The notes under the pieces were generated by a model. The model was given only the letters and a program-made list of their open reading frames with translations. It was not told the origin of the DNA and searched no databases. Positions 23,187-38,137 of a DNA stretch of 64,000 bases are shown here, piece by piece (position 1 is the stretch's first letter; every line of letters starts with the position of its first letter). The stretch lies in the NCBI RefSeq assembly GCF_009914755.1, contig NC_060942.1. One strand, 5' to 3'. This DNA is from the human T2T-CHM13v2.0 reference genome, Homo sapiens. Position numbers and translations under genes: made by a program.

Positions 23187-26100
23187 TTTTGGGATATATG
23201 TACTCAACTAACAGAGTTGAACCTTTCTCTTTATAGATCAGTTTTGGAAAGCTCTTTATGTGGAATCTGCAGATGGATATTCGGATAGCTCTGAGGATTT
23301 CGTTGGAGACGGGAATACATAAAGAAAGTAGACAGCAGCATTCTCAGGAGATTCTTTGTGATGTTTGCTTTTAAGTCACAGAGTTGAATATTCCCTTCAA
23401 TAGAGCAGGCTTGAAACACTCTTTCTGTAGTATCTGGAAGTGGACATTTCGATCGATTTCAGGCCTATGTTGAAAAAGGAAATACCTTAACATAAAAACT
23501 AGACAGAAGCATTCTCAGAAACGTCTTTGTGATGTGTGTCCTCAACTAACAGAGTTCAACCTTTCTTATGATACAGCAGTTTGGAAACACTCTTTTTATA
23601 GAATTTGCAAGTTGATACATGGATAGCCCTAACTATTTCGTTGGAAACGGGAATATCTTCATATAAAGCCTAGACAGAAGCACTCTCAGAAACTACTTTG
23701 TGATATCTGCATTGATATCAGAGAGTTGAATATTCCCTGTCTAAGGGCAGGCTTGAAAGCGTCTTTTCGTGGAATCTGCAGGAGGATATTTTGATAGCTT
23801 TGAGGGTTACGTTGGAAACCGGATTACATATACAAAGTAGACAGCAGCATTCTCAGAAGCTTCTTTATGATGTTTGCGTTTAAGTCACAGAGTTGAACGT
23901 TCCCTTTCATAGAGCAGGTTTCAAACCCTCTTTCTGCAGTATCTGGAAGTGGACATTTCGAGCGCTTTCAGGCCCATGGTAAACAAGGAAATATCTTCCT
24001 ATGCAAACTAGACAGAAGCATTCGCAGAAACTTGTTTGTGATGTGTGTCCTCAACTCACGGAGTTGAACATTTCGTTTGACAGAGCAGTTCGGAAACACG
24101 ATTTTTGTAGAATCTTCAAGTGGATATTTGGATGGCTTTGTGGATTTCGTTGGAAACGGGAGTATCTTCATAGACAACCTAGACAGTAACATGCTCAGAA
24201 ACTGCTTTGTGATATCTGCATTCACGTCACAGAGTTGAACATTCCCTTTCATAGAGCAGGTTTGAAACACACTTTCTGTAGTATCTGGATGTGGGCACTT
24301 GGAGCGCTTGGACGCTTATGGTGAAAAAGGACATATCGTCCCATAAAAACTGGACAGAAGCATTCTCACAAACTGCTTTGTGACGTATGTCTTCAACTAA
24401 CAGAGTTGAACATTTCTATTCACAGAGCAGTTGTGAAAGAGTTTTTTGGAGTATCTGCTAGTGGATATTTGGAGAGCTTTAAGGATATCATTGGAAACTG
24501 GAATATCTTCAGGTAAAATCTAGACAGAGGCATTCTCAGAAACTTCTTTGTAATGTGTGTCCTCAACTAACAGTGTACAACCTATCTTTTGATACAGCAC
24601 GTTGGAAACACTCTTTTTATAGAATCTGCAAGTGGATAGTTGGATAGCTCTAACGATTTCGTTGGAAACGGGAATACCTTCATATAAAATCTAGACAGTG
24701 GCACTCTCAGAAACTGCTTTGTGATATCTTCATTCAAGCCACAGAGTTGAACATTTCCCTTCCTAAAGCAGGTTTGAAACACTTTTTTTGTCGTATCTGG
24801 AAGTGGACATTTGGAGCACTTTGACGCCTTTGGTGAAAAAGGAAATGTCTTCCCATGAAAACTAGACAGAAGCATTCTAAGAAACACTTTTGGGATATGT
24901 GTACTCAACTAACAGAGTTGAACCTTTCTCTTTATAGATCAGTTTTGGAAAGCTCTTTATGTGGAATCTGCAGATGGATATTCGGATAGCTCTGAGGATT
25001 TCGTTGGAGACGGGAATACATAAAGAAAGTAGACAGCAGCATTCTCAGGAGATTCTTTGTGATGTTTGCTTTTAAGTCACAGAGTTGAATATTCCCTTCA
25101 ATAGAGCAGGCTTGAAACACTCTTTCTGTAGTATCTGGAAGTGGACATTTCGATCGATTTCAGGCCTATGTTGAAAAAGGAAATACCTTAACATAAAAAC
25201 TAGACAGAAGCATTCTCAGAAACGTCTTTGTGATGTGTGTCCTCAAATAACAGAGTTCAACCTTTCTTATGATACAGCAGTTTGGAAACACTCTTTTTAT
25301 AGAATTTGCAAGTTGATACATGGATAGCCCTAACTATTTCGTTGGAAACGGGAATATCTTCATATAAAGCCTAGACAGAAGCACTCTCAGAAACTACTTT
25401 GTGATATCTGCATTGATATCAGAGAGTTGAATATTCCCTGTCTAAGGGCAGGCTTGAAAGCGTCTTTTCGTGGAATCTGCAGGAGGATATTTTGATAGCT
25501 TTGAGGGTTACGTTGGAAACCGGATTACATATACAAAGTAGACAGCAGCATTCTCAGAAGCTTCTTTATGATGTTTGCGTTTAAGTCACAGAGGTGAACG
25601 TTCCCTTTCATAGAGCAGGTTTCAAACCCTCTTTCTGCAGTATCTGGAAGTGGACATTTCGAGCGCTTTCAGGCCCATGGTGAACAAGGAAATATCTTCC
25701 TATGCAAACTAGACAGAAGCATTCGCAGAAACTTGTTTCTGATGTGTGTCCTCAACTCACGGAGTTGAACATTTCGTTTGACAGAGCAGTTCGGAAACAC
25801 GATTTTTGTAGAATCTTCAAGTGGATATTTGGATGGCTTTGTGGATTTCGTTGGAAACGGGAGTATCTTCATAGACAACCTAGACAGTAACATGCTCAGA
25901 AACTGCTTTGTGATATCTGCATTCACGTCACAGAGTTGAACATTCCCTTTCATAGAGCAGGTTTGAAACACACTTTCTGTAGTATCTGGATGTGGGCACT
26001 TGGAGCGCTTGGACGCTTATGGTGAAAAAGGACATATCGTCCCATAAAAACTGGACAGAAGCATTCTCACAAACTGCTTTGTGACGTATGTCTTCAACTA

Positions 26101-29100
26101 ACAGAGTTGAACATTTCTATTCACAGAGCAGTCTTGAAAGACTCTTTTGGAGTATCTGCTAGTGGATATTTGGAGAGCTTTAAGGATTTCATTGGAAACC
26201 GGAATATCTTCAGGTAAAATCTAGACAGAGGCATTCTCAGAAACTTCTTCGTAATGTGTGTCCTCAACTAACAGTGTACAACCTATCTTTTGATACAGCA
26301 CGTTGGAAACACTCTTTTTATAGAATCTGCAAGTGGATAGTTGGATAGCTCTAACGATTTCGTTGGAAACGGGAATACCTTCATATAAAATCTAGACAGT
26401 GGTACTCTCAGAAACTGCTTTGTGATATCTGCATTCAAGCCACAGAGTTGAACATTTCCCTTCCTAAAGCAGGTTTGAAACACTCTTTTTGTCGTATCTG
26501 GAAGTGGACATTTGGAGCACTTTGACGCCTTTGGTGAAAAAGGAAATGTCTTCCCATGAAAACTAGACAGAAGCATTCTAAGAAACACTTTTGGGATATA
26601 TGTACTCAACTAACAGAGTTGAACCTTTCTCTTTATAGATCAGTTTTGGAAAGCTCTTTATGTGGAATCTGCAGATGGATATTCGGATAGCTCTGAGGAT
26701 TTCGTTGGAGACGGGAATACATAAAGAAAGTAGACAGCAGCATTCTCAGGAGATTCTTTGTGATGTTTGCTTTTAAGTCACAGAGTTGAATATTCCCTTC
26801 AATAGAGCAGGCTTGAAACACTCTTTCTGTAGTATCTGGAAGTGGACATTTCGATCGATTTCAGGCCTATGTTGAAAAAGGAAATACCTTAACATAAAAA
26901 CTAGACAGAAGCATTCTCAGAAACGTCTTTGTGATGTGTGTCCTCAACTAACAGAGTTCAACCTTTCTTATGATACAGCAGTTTGGAAACACTCTTTTTA
27001 TAGAATTTGCAAGTTGATACATGGATAGCCCTAACTATTTCGTTGGAAACGGGAATATCTTCATATAAAGCCTAGACAGAAGCACTCTCAGAAACTACTT
27101 TGTGATATCTGCATTGATATCAGAGAGTTGAATATTCCCTGTCTAAGGGCAGGCTTGAAAGCGTCTTTTCGTGGAATCTGCAGGAGGATATTTTGATAGC
27201 TTTGAGGGTTACGTTGGAAACCGGATTACATATACAAAGTAGACAGCAGCATTCTCAGAAGCTTCTTTATGATGTTTGCGTTTAAGTCACAGAGTTGAAC
27301 GTTCCCTTTCATAGAGCAGGTTTCAAACCCTCTTTCTGCAGTATCTGGAAGTGGACATTTCGAGCGCTTTCAGGCCCATGGTAAACAAGGAAATATCTTC
27401 CTATGCAAACTAGACAGAAGCATTCGCAGAAACTTGTTTGTGATGTGTGTCCTCAACTCACGGAGTTGAACATTTCGTTTGACAGAGCAGTTCGGAAACA
27501 CGATTTTTGTAGAATCTTCAAGTGGATATTTGGATGGCTTTGTGGATTTCGTTGGAAACGGGAGTATCTTCATAGACAACCTAGACAGTAACATGCTCAG
27601 AAACTGCTTTGTGATATCTGCATTCACGTCACAGAGTTGAACATTCCCTTTCATAGAGCAGGTTTGAAACACACTTTCTGTAGTATCTGGATGTGGGCAC
27701 TTGGAGCGCTTGGACGCTTATGGTGAAAAAGGACATATCGTCCCATAAAAACTGGACAGAAGCATTCTCACAAACTGCTTTGTGACGTATGTCTTCAACT
27801 AACAGAGTTGAACATTTCTATTCACAGAGCAGTTGTGAAAGAGTTTTTTGGAGTATCTGCTAGTGGATATTTGGAGAGCTTTAAGGATATCATTGGAAAC
27901 TGGAATATCTTCAGGTAAAATCTAGACAGAGGCATTCTCAGAAACTTCTTTGTAATGTGTGTCCTCAACTAACAGTGTACAACCTATCTTTTGATACAGC
28001 ACGTTGGAAACACTCTTTTTATAGAATCTGCAAGTGGATAGTTGGATAGCTCTAACGATTTCGTTGGAAACGGGAATACCTTCATATAAAATCTAGACAG
28101 TGGCACTCTCAGAAACTGCTTTGTGATATCTTCATTCAAGCCACAGAGTTGAACATTTCCCTTCCTAAAGCAGGTTTGAAACACTTTTTTTGTCGTATCT
28201 GGAAGTGGACATTTGGAGCACTTTGACGCCTTTGGTGAAAAAGGAAATGTCTTCCCATGAAAACTAGACAGAAGCATTCTAAGAAACACTTTTGGGATAT
28301 GTGTACTCAACTAACAGAGTTGAACCTTTCTCTTTATAGATCAGTTTTGGAAAGCTCTTTATGTGGAATCTGCAGATGGATATTCGGATAGCTCTGAGGA
28401 TTTCGTTGGAGACGGGAATACATAAAGAAAGTAGACAGCAGCATTCTCAGGAGATTCTTTGTGATGTTTGCTTTTAAGTCACAGAGTTGAATATTCCCTT
28501 CAATAGAGCAGGCTTGAAACACTCTTTCTGTAGTATCTGGAAGTGGACATTTCGATCGATTTCAGGCCTATGTTGAAAAAGGAAATACCTTAACATAAAA
28601 ACTAGACAGAAGCATTCTCAGAAACGTCTTTGTGATGTGTGTCCTCAAATAACAGAGTTCAACCTTTCTTATGATACAGCAGTTTGGAAACACTCTTTTT
28701 ATAGAATTTGCAAGTTGATACATGGATAGCCCTAACTATTTCGTTGGAAACGGGAATATCTTCATATAAAGCCTAGACAGAAGCACTCTCAGAAACTACT
28801 TTGTGATATCTGCATTGATATCAGAGAGTTGAATATTCCCTGTCTAAGGGCAGGCTTGAAAGCGTCTTTTCGTGGAATCTGCAGGAGGATATTTTGATAG
28901 CTTTGAGGGTTACGTTGGAAACCGGATTACATATACAAAGTAGACAGCAGCATTCTCAGAAGCTTCTTTATGATGTTTGCGTTTAAGTCACAGAGGTGAA
29001 CGTTCCCTTTCATAGAGCAGGTTTCAAACCCTCTTTCTGCAGTATCTGGAAGTGGACATTTCGAGCGCTTTCAGGCCCATGGTGAACAAGGAAATATCTT

Positions 29101-30183
29101 CCTATGCAAACTAGACAGAAGCATTCGCAGAAACTTGTTTCTGATGTGTGTCCTCAACTCACGGAGTTGAACATTTCGTTTGACAGAGCAGTTCGGAAAC
29201 ACGATTTTTGTAGAATCTTCAAGTGGATATTTGGATGGCTTTGTGGATTTCGTTGGAAACGGGAGTATCTTCATAGACAACCTAGACAGTAACATGCTCA
29301 GAAACTGCTTTGTGATATCTGCATTCACGTCACAGAGTTGAACATTCCCTTTCATAGAGCAGGTTTGAAACACACTTTCTGTAGTATCTGGATGTGGGCA
29401 CTTGGAGCGCTTGGACGCTTATGGTGAAAAAGGACATATCGTCCCATAAAAACTGGACAGAAGCATTCTCACAAACTGCTTTGTGACGTATGTCTTCAAC
29501 TAACAGAGTTGAACATTTCTATTCACAGAGCAGTCTTGAAAGACTCTTTTGGAGTATCTGCTAGTGGATATTTGGAGAGCTTTAAGGATTTCATTGGAAA
29601 CCGGAATATCTTCAGGTAAAATCTAGACAGAGGCATTCTCAGAAACTTCTTTGTAATGTGTGTCCTCAACTAACAGTGTACAACCTATCTTTTGATACAG
29701 CACGTTGGAAACACTCTTTTTATAGAATCTGCAAGTGGATAGTTGGATAGCTCTAACGATTTCGTTGGAAACGGGAATACCTTCATATAAAATCTAGACA
29801 GTGGTACTCTCAGAAACTGCTTTGTGATATCTGCATTCAAGCCACAGAGTTGAACATTTCCCTTCCTAAAGCAGGTTTGAAACACTCTTTTTGTCGTATC
29901 TGGAAGTGGACATTTGGAGCACTTTGACGCCTTTGGTGAAAAAGGAAATGTCTTCCCATGAAAACTAGACAGAAGCATTCTAAGAAACACTTTTGGGATA
30001 TATGTACTCAACTAACAGAGTTGAACCTTTCTCTTTATAGATCAGTTTTGGAAAGCTCTTTATGTGGAATCTGCAGATGGATATTCGGATAGCTCTGAGG
30101 ATTTCGTTGGAGACGGGAATACATAAAGAAAGTAGACAGCAGCATTCTCAGGAGATTCTTTGTGATGTTTGCTTTTAAGTCAC
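23187..30183 (+). repeat. Near-identical tandem duplication of a 2-HOR (3402-bp) unit
   Basis: catggtaaac (23991/27393), agttgtgaaagagttttttgg (about 24431/27833), cagtcttgaa and gtggtactc repeat at +3402. I saw one difference, at 26250/29652. Confidence 0.87.
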
Positions 30184-33100
30184 ACAGTTGAATATTCCCT
30201 TCAATAGAGGAGGTTTGAAACACTCATTCTGTAGTATCTGGAAGTGGACATTTCGATCGATTTCAGGCCTATGTTGAAAAAGGAAATACCTTAACATAAA
30301 AACTAGACAGAAGCATTCTCAGAAACGTCTTTGTGATGTGTGTCCTCAACTAACAGAGTTCAACCTTTCTTATGATACAGCAGTTTGGAAACACTCTTTT
30401 TATAGAATTTGCAAGTTGATACACGGATACCCTAACTATTTCGTTGGAAACGGGAATATCTTCATATAAAACCTAGACAGAAGCACTCTCAGAAACTACT
30501 TTGTGATATCTGCATTGATATCAGAGAGTTGAATATTCCCTTTCTAAGGGAAGGCTTGAAAGCGTCTTTTCGTGGAATCTGCGGGAGGATATTTGGATAG
30601 CTTTGAGGGTTACGTTGGAAACGGGATTACATATACAAAGTAGACAGCAGCATTCTCAGAAGCTTCTTTATGATGTTTGCGTTTAAGTCACAGAGTTGAA
30701 CGTTCCCTTTCATAGAGCAGGTTTCAAACCCTCTTTCTGCAGTATCTGGAAGTGGACATTTCGAGCGCTTTCAGGCCCATGGTGAACAAGGAAATATCTT
30801 CCCATGCAAACTAGACAGAAGCATTCGCAGAAACTTGTTTCTGATGTGTGTCCTCAACTCACGGAGTTGAACATTTCGTTTGACAGAGCAGTTCGGAAAC
30901 ACGATTTTTGTAGAATCTTCAAGTGGATATTTGGATGGCTTTGTGGATTTCGTTGGAAACGGGAGTATCTTCATAGACAACCTAGACAGTAACATGCTCA
31001 GAAACTGCTTTGTGATATCTGCATTCACGTCACAGAGTTGAACATTCCCTTTCATAGAGCAGGTTTGAAACACACTTTCTGTAGTATCTGGATGTGGGCA
31101 CTTGGAGCGCTTGGACGCTTATGGTGAAAAAGAACATATCGTCCCATAAAAACTGGACAGAAGCATTCTCACAAACTGCTTTGTGACGTATGTCTTCAAC
31201 TAACAGAGTTGAACATTTCTATTCACAGAGCAGTTTTGAAAGACTCTTTTGGAGTATCTGCTAGTGGATATTTGGAGAGCTTTAAGGATTTCATTGGAAA
31301 CCGGAATATCTTCAGGTAAAATCTAGACAGAGGCATTCTCAGAAACTTCTTCGTAATGTGTGTCCTCAACTAACAGTGTACAACCTATCTTTTGATACAG
31401 CACGTTGGAAACACTCTTTTTATAGAATCTGCAAGTGGATAGTTGGATAGCTCTAACGATTTCGTTGGAAACGGCAATACCTTCATATAAAATCTAGACA
31501 GTGGCACTCTCAGAAACTGCTTTGTGATATCTGCATTCAAGCCACAGAGTTGAACATTTCCCTTCCTAAAGCAGGTTTGAAACACTCTTTTTGTCGTATC
31601 TGGAAGTGGACATTTGGAGCACTTTGACGCCTTTGGTGAAAAAGGAAATGTCTTCCCATCAAAACTAGACAGGAGCATTCTAAGAAACATTTTTGGGATA
31701 TATGTACTCAACTAACAGAGTTGAACCTTTCTCTTTATAGATCAGTTTTGGAAAGCTCTTTATGTGGAATCTGCAGATGGATATTCGGATAGCTCTGAGG
31801 ATTTCGTTGGAGACGGGAATACATAAAGAAAGTAGACAGCAGCATTCTCAGGAGATTCTTTGTGATGTTTGCTTTTAAGTCACAGAGTTGAATATTCCCT
31901 TCAATAGAGCAGGTTTGAAACACTCATTCTGTAGTATCTGGAAGTGGACATTTCGATCGATTTCAGGCCTATGTTGAAAAAGGAAATACCTTAACATAAA
32001 AACTAGACAGAAGCATTCTCAGAAACGTCTTTGTGATGTGTGTCCTCAACTAACAGAGTTCAACCTTTCTTATGATACAGCAGTTTGGAAACACTCTTTT
32101 TATAGAATTTGCAAGTTGATACATGGATAGCCCTAACTATTTCGTTGGAAACGGGAATATCTTCATATAAAACCTAGACAGAAGCACTCTCAGAAACTAC
32201 TTTGTGATATCTGCATTGATATCAGAGAGTTGAATATTCCCTTTCTAAGGGCAGGCTTGAAAGCGTCTTTTCGTGGAATCTGCGGGAGGATATTTGGATA
32301 GCTTTGAGGTTTACGTTGGAAACCGGATTACATATACAAAGTAGACAGCAGCATTCTCAGAAGCTTCTTTATGATGTTTGCGTTTAAGTCACAGAGTTGA
32401 ACGTTCCCTTTCATAGAGCAGGTTTCAAACCCTCTTTCTGCAGTATCTGGAAGTGGACATTTCGAGCGCTTTCAGGCCCATGGTGAACAAGGAAATATCT
32501 TCCCATGCAAACTAGACAGAAGCATTCGCAGAAACTTGTTTCTGATGTGTGTCCTCAACTCACGGAGTTGAACATTTCGTTTGAAAGAGCAGTTCAGAAA
32601 CACGATTTTTGTAGAATCTTCAAGTGGATATTTGGATGGCTTTGTGGATTTCGTTGGAAACGGGAGTATCTTCATAGACAACCTAGACAGTAACATGCTC
32701 AGAAACTGCTTTGTGATATCTGCATTCACGTCACAGAGTTGAACATTCCCTTTCATAGTGCAGGTTTGAAACACACTTTCTGTAGTATCTGGATGTGGGC
32801 ACTTGGAGCGCTTGGACGCTTATGGTGAAAAAGAACATATCGTCCCATAAAAACTGGACAGAAGCATTCTCACAAACTGCTTTGTGACGTATGTCTTCAA
32901 CTAACAGAGTTGAACATTTCTATTCACAGAGCAGTTTTGAAAGACTCTTTTGGAGTATCTGCTAGTGGATATTTGGAGAGCTTTAAGGATTTCATTGGAA
33001 ACCGGAATATCTTCAGGTAAAATCTAGACAGAGGCATTCTCAGAAACTTCTTCGTAATGTGTGTCCTCAACTAACAGTGTACAACCTATCTTTTGATACA

Positions 33101-36100
33101 GCACGTTGGAAACACTCTTTTTATAGAATCTGCAAGTGGATAGTTGGATAGCTCTAACGATTTCGTTGGAAACGGGAATACCTTCATATAAAATCTAGAC
33201 AGTGGCACTCTCAGAAACTGCTTTGTGATATCTGCATTCAAGCCACAGAGTTGAACATTTCCCTTCCTAAAGCAGGTTTGAAACACTCTTTTTGTCGTAT
33301 CTGGAAGTAGACATTTGGAGCACTTTGACGCCTTTGGTGAAAAAGGAAATGTCTTCCCATGAAAACTAGACAGAAGCATTCTAAGAAACATTTTTGGGAT
33401 ATATGTACTCAACTAACAGAGTTTAACCTTTCTCTTTATAGATCAGTTTTGGAAAGCTCTTTATGTGGAATCTGCAGATGGATATTCGGATAGCTCTGAG
33501 GATTTCGTTGGAGACGGGAATACATAAAGAAAGTAGACAGCAGCATTCTCAGGAGATTCTTTGTGATGTTTGCTTTTAAGTCACAGAGTTGAATATTCCC
33601 TTCAATAGAGCAGGTTTGAAACACTCTTTCTGTAGTATCTGGAAGTGGACATTTCGATCGATTTCAGGCCTATGTTGAAAAAGGAAATACCTTAACATAA
33701 AAACTAGACAGAAGCATTCAAAGAAACGTCTTTGTGATGTGTGTCCTCAACTAACAGAGTTCAACCTTTCTTATGATACAGCAGTTTGGAAACACTCTTT
33801 TTATAGAATTTGCAAGTTGATACATGGATAGCCCTAACTATTTCGTTGGAAACGGGAATATCTTCATATAAAACCTAGACAGAAGCACTCTCAGAAACTA
33901 CTTTGTGATATCTGCATTGATATCAGAGAGTTGAATATTCCCTTTCTAAGGGAAGGCTTGAAAGCGTCTTTTCGTGGAATCTGCTGGAGGATATTTGGAT
34001 AGCTTTGAGGGTTACGTTGGAAACGGGATTACATATACAAAGTAGACAGCAGCATTCTCAGAAGCTTCTTTATGATGTTTGCGTTTAAGTCACAGAGTTG
34101 AACGTTCCCTTTCATAGAGCAGGTTTCAAACCCTCTTTCTGCAGTATCTGGAAGTGGACATTTCGAGCGCTTTCAGGCCCATGGTGAACAAGGAAATATC
34201 TTCCCATGCAAACTAGACAGAAGCATTCACAGAAACTTGTTTCTGATGTGTGTCCTCAATTCACGGAGTTGAATATTTCGTTTGACAGAGCAGTTCGGAA
34301 ACACGATTTTTGTAGAATCTTCAAGTGCATATTTGGATGGCTTTGTGGATTTCGTTGGAAACGGGAGTATCTTCATAGACAACCTAGACAGTAACATGCT
34401 CAGAAACTGCTTTGTGATATCTGCATTCACGTCACAGAGTTGAACATTCCCTTTCATAGAGCAGGTTTGAAACACACTTTCTGTAGTATCTGGATGTGGG
34501 CACTTGGAGCGCTTGGACGCTTATGGTGAAAAAGGACATATCGTTCCATAAAAACTGGACAGAAGCATTCTCACAAACTGCTTTGTGACGTATGTCTTCA
34601 ACTAACAGAGTTGAACACTTCTATTCACAGAGCAGTTTTGAAAGACTCTTTTGGAGTATCTGCTAGTGGATATTTGGAGAGCTTTAAGGATTTCATTGGA
34701 AACCGGAATATCTTCAGGTAAAATCTAGACAGAGGCATTCTCAGAAACTTCTTCGTAATGTGTGTCCTCAACTAACAGTGTACAACCTATCTTTTGATAC
34801 AGTACGTTGGAAACACTCTTTTTATAGAATCTGCAAGTGGATAGTTGGATAGCTCTAACGATTTCGTTGGAAACGGGAATACCTTCATATAAAATCTAGA
34901 CAGTGGCACTCTCAGAAACTGCTTTGTGATATCTGCATTCAAGCCACAGAGTTGAACATTTCCCTTCCTAAAGCAGGTTTGAAACACTCTTTTTGTCGTA
35001 TCTGGAAGTGGACATTTGGAGCACTTTGACGCCTTTGGTGAAAAAGGAAATGTCTTCCCATGAAAACTAGACAGAAGCATTCTAAGAAACATTTTTGGGA
35101 TATATGTACTCAACTAACAGGGTTGAACCTTTCTCTTTATAGATCAGTTTTGGAAAGCTCTTTATGTGGAATCTGCAGATGGATATTCGGATAGCTCTGA
35201 GGATTTCGTTGGAGACGGGAATACATAAAGAAAGTAGACAGCAGCATTCTCAGGAGATTCTTTGTGATGTTTGCTTTTAAGTCACAGAGTTGAATATTCC
35301 CTTCAATAGAGCAGGTTTGAAACACTCTTTCTGTAGTATCTGGAAGTGGACATTTCGATCGATTTCAGGCCTATGTTGAAAAAGGAAATACCTTAACATA
35401 AAAACTAGACAGAAGCATTCTCAGAAACGTCTTTGTGATGTGTGTCCTCAACTAACAGAGTTCAACCTTTCTTATGATACAGCAGTTTGGAAACACTCTT
35501 TTTATAGAATTTGCAAGTTGATACATGGATAGCCCTAACTATTTCGTTGGAAACGGGAATATCTTCATATAAAACCTGGACAGAAGCACTCTCAGAAACT
35601 ACTTTGTGATATCTGCATTGATATCAGAGAGTTGAATATTCCCTTTCTAAGGGAAGGCTTGAAAGCGTCTTTTCGTGGAATCTGCGGGAGGATATTTGGA
35701 TAGCTTTGAGGGTTACGTTGGAAACGGGATTACATATACAAAGTAGACAGCAGCATTCTCAGAAGCTTCTTTATGATGTTTGCGTTTAAGTCACAGAGTT
35801 GAACGTTCCCTTTAATAGAGCAGGTTTCAAACCCTCTTTCTGCAGTATCTGGAAGTGGACATTTCGAGCGCTTTCAGGCCCATGGTGAACAAGGAAATAT
35901 CTTCCCATGCAAACTAGACAGAAGCATTCGCAGAAACTTGTTTGTGATGTGTGTCCTCAACTCACGGAGTTGAACATTTCCTTTGACAGAGCAGTTCGGA
36001 AACACGATTTTTGTAGAATCTTCAAGTGGATATTTGGATGGCTTTGTGGATTTCGTTGGAAACGGGAGTATCTTCATAGACAACCTAGACAGTAACATGC

Positions 36101-38137
36101 TCAGAAACTGCTTTGTGATATCTGCATTCACGTCACCGAGTTGAACATTCCCTTTCATAGAGCAGGTTTGAAACACACTTTCTGTAGTATCTGGATGTGG
36201 GCACTTGGAGCGCTTGGACGCTTATGGTGAAAAAGAACATATCGTCCCATAAAAACTGGACAGAAGCATTCTCACAAACTGCTTTGTGACGTATGTCTTC
36301 AACTAACAGAGTTGAACATTTCTATTCACAGAGCAGTTTTGAAAGACTCTTTTGGAGTATCTGCTAGTTTATATTTGGAGAGCCTTAAGGATTTCATTGG
36401 AAACCGGAATATCTTCAGGTAAAATCTAGACAGAGGCATTCTCAGAAACTTCTTCGTAATGTGAGTCCTCAACTAACAGTGTACAACCTATCTTTTGATA
36501 CAGCACGTTGGAAACACTCTTTTTATAGAATCTGCAAGTGGATAGTTGGATAGCTCTAACGATTTCGTTGGAAACGGGAATACCTTCATATAAAATCTAG
36601 ACAGTGGCACTCTCAGAAACTGCTTTGTGATATCTGCATTCAAGCCACAGAGTTGAACATTTCCCTTCCTAAAGCAGGTTTGAAACACTCTTTCTGTCGT
36701 ATCTGGAAGTGGACATTTGGAGCACTTTGACGCCTTTGGTGAAAAAGGAAATGTCTTCCCATGAAAACTAGACAGACGCATTCTAAGAAACATTTTTGGG
36801 ATATATGTACTCAACTAACAGAGTTGAACCTTTCTCTTTATAGATCACTTTTGGAAAGCTCTTTATGTGGAATCTGCAGATGGATATTCGGATAGCTCTG
36901 AGGATTTCGTTGGAGACGGGAATACATAAAGAAAGTAGACAGCAGCATTCTCAGGAGATTCTTTGTGATGTTTGCTTTTAAGTCACAGAGTTGAATATTC
37001 CCTTCAATAGAGCAGGTTTGAAACACTCATTCTGTAGTATCTGGAAGTGGACATTTCGATCGATTTCAGGCCTATGTTGAAAAAGGAAATACCTTAACAT
37101 AAAAACTAGACAGAAGCATTCTCAGAAACGTCTTTGTGATGTGTGTCCTCAACTAACAGAGTTCAACCTTTCTTATGATACAGCAGTTTGGAAACACTCT
37201 TTTTATAGAATTTGCAAGTTGATACATGGATAGCCCTAACTATTTCGTTGGAAACGGGAATATCTTCATATAAAACCTAGACAGAAGCACTCTCAGAAAC
37301 TACTTTGTGATATCTGCATTGATATCAGAGAGTTGAATATTCCCTTTCTAAGGGAAGGCTTGAAAGCGTCTTTTCGTGGAATCTGCGGGAGGATATTTGG
37401 ATAGCTTTGAGGGTTACGTTGGAAACGGGATTACATATACAAAGTAGACAGCAGCATTCTCAGAAGCTTCTTTATGATGTTTGCGTTTAAGTCACAGAGT
37501 TGAACGTTCCCTTTCATAGAGCAGGTTTCAAACCCTCTTTCTGCAGTATCTGGAAGTGGACATTTCGAGCGCTTTCAGGCCCATGGTGAACAAGGAAATA
37601 TCTTCCCATGCAAACTAGACAGAAGCATTCGCAGAAACTTGTTTCTGATGTGTGTCCTCAATTCACGGAGTTGAATATTTCGTTTGACAGAGCAGTTCGG
37701 AAACACGATTTTTGTAGAATCTTCAAGTGGATATTTGGATGGCTTTGTGGATTTCGTTGGAAACGGGAGTATCTTCATAGACAACCTAGACAGTAACATG
37801 CTCAGAAACTGCTTTGTGATATCTGCATTCACGTCACAGAGTTGAACATTCCCTTTCATAGAGCAGGTTTGAAACACACTTTCTGTAGTATCTGGATGTG
37901 GGCACTTGGAGCGCTTGGACGCTTATGGTGAAAAAGGACATATCGTTCCATAAAAACTGGACAGAAGCATTCTCACAAACTGCTTTGTGACGTATGTCTT
38001 CAACTAACAGAGTTGAACATTTCTATTCACAGAGCAGTTTTGAAAGACTCTTTTGGAGTATCTGCTAGTGGATATTTGGAGAGCTTTAAGGATTTCATTG
38101 GAAACCGGAATATCTTCAGGTAAAATCTAGACAGAGG

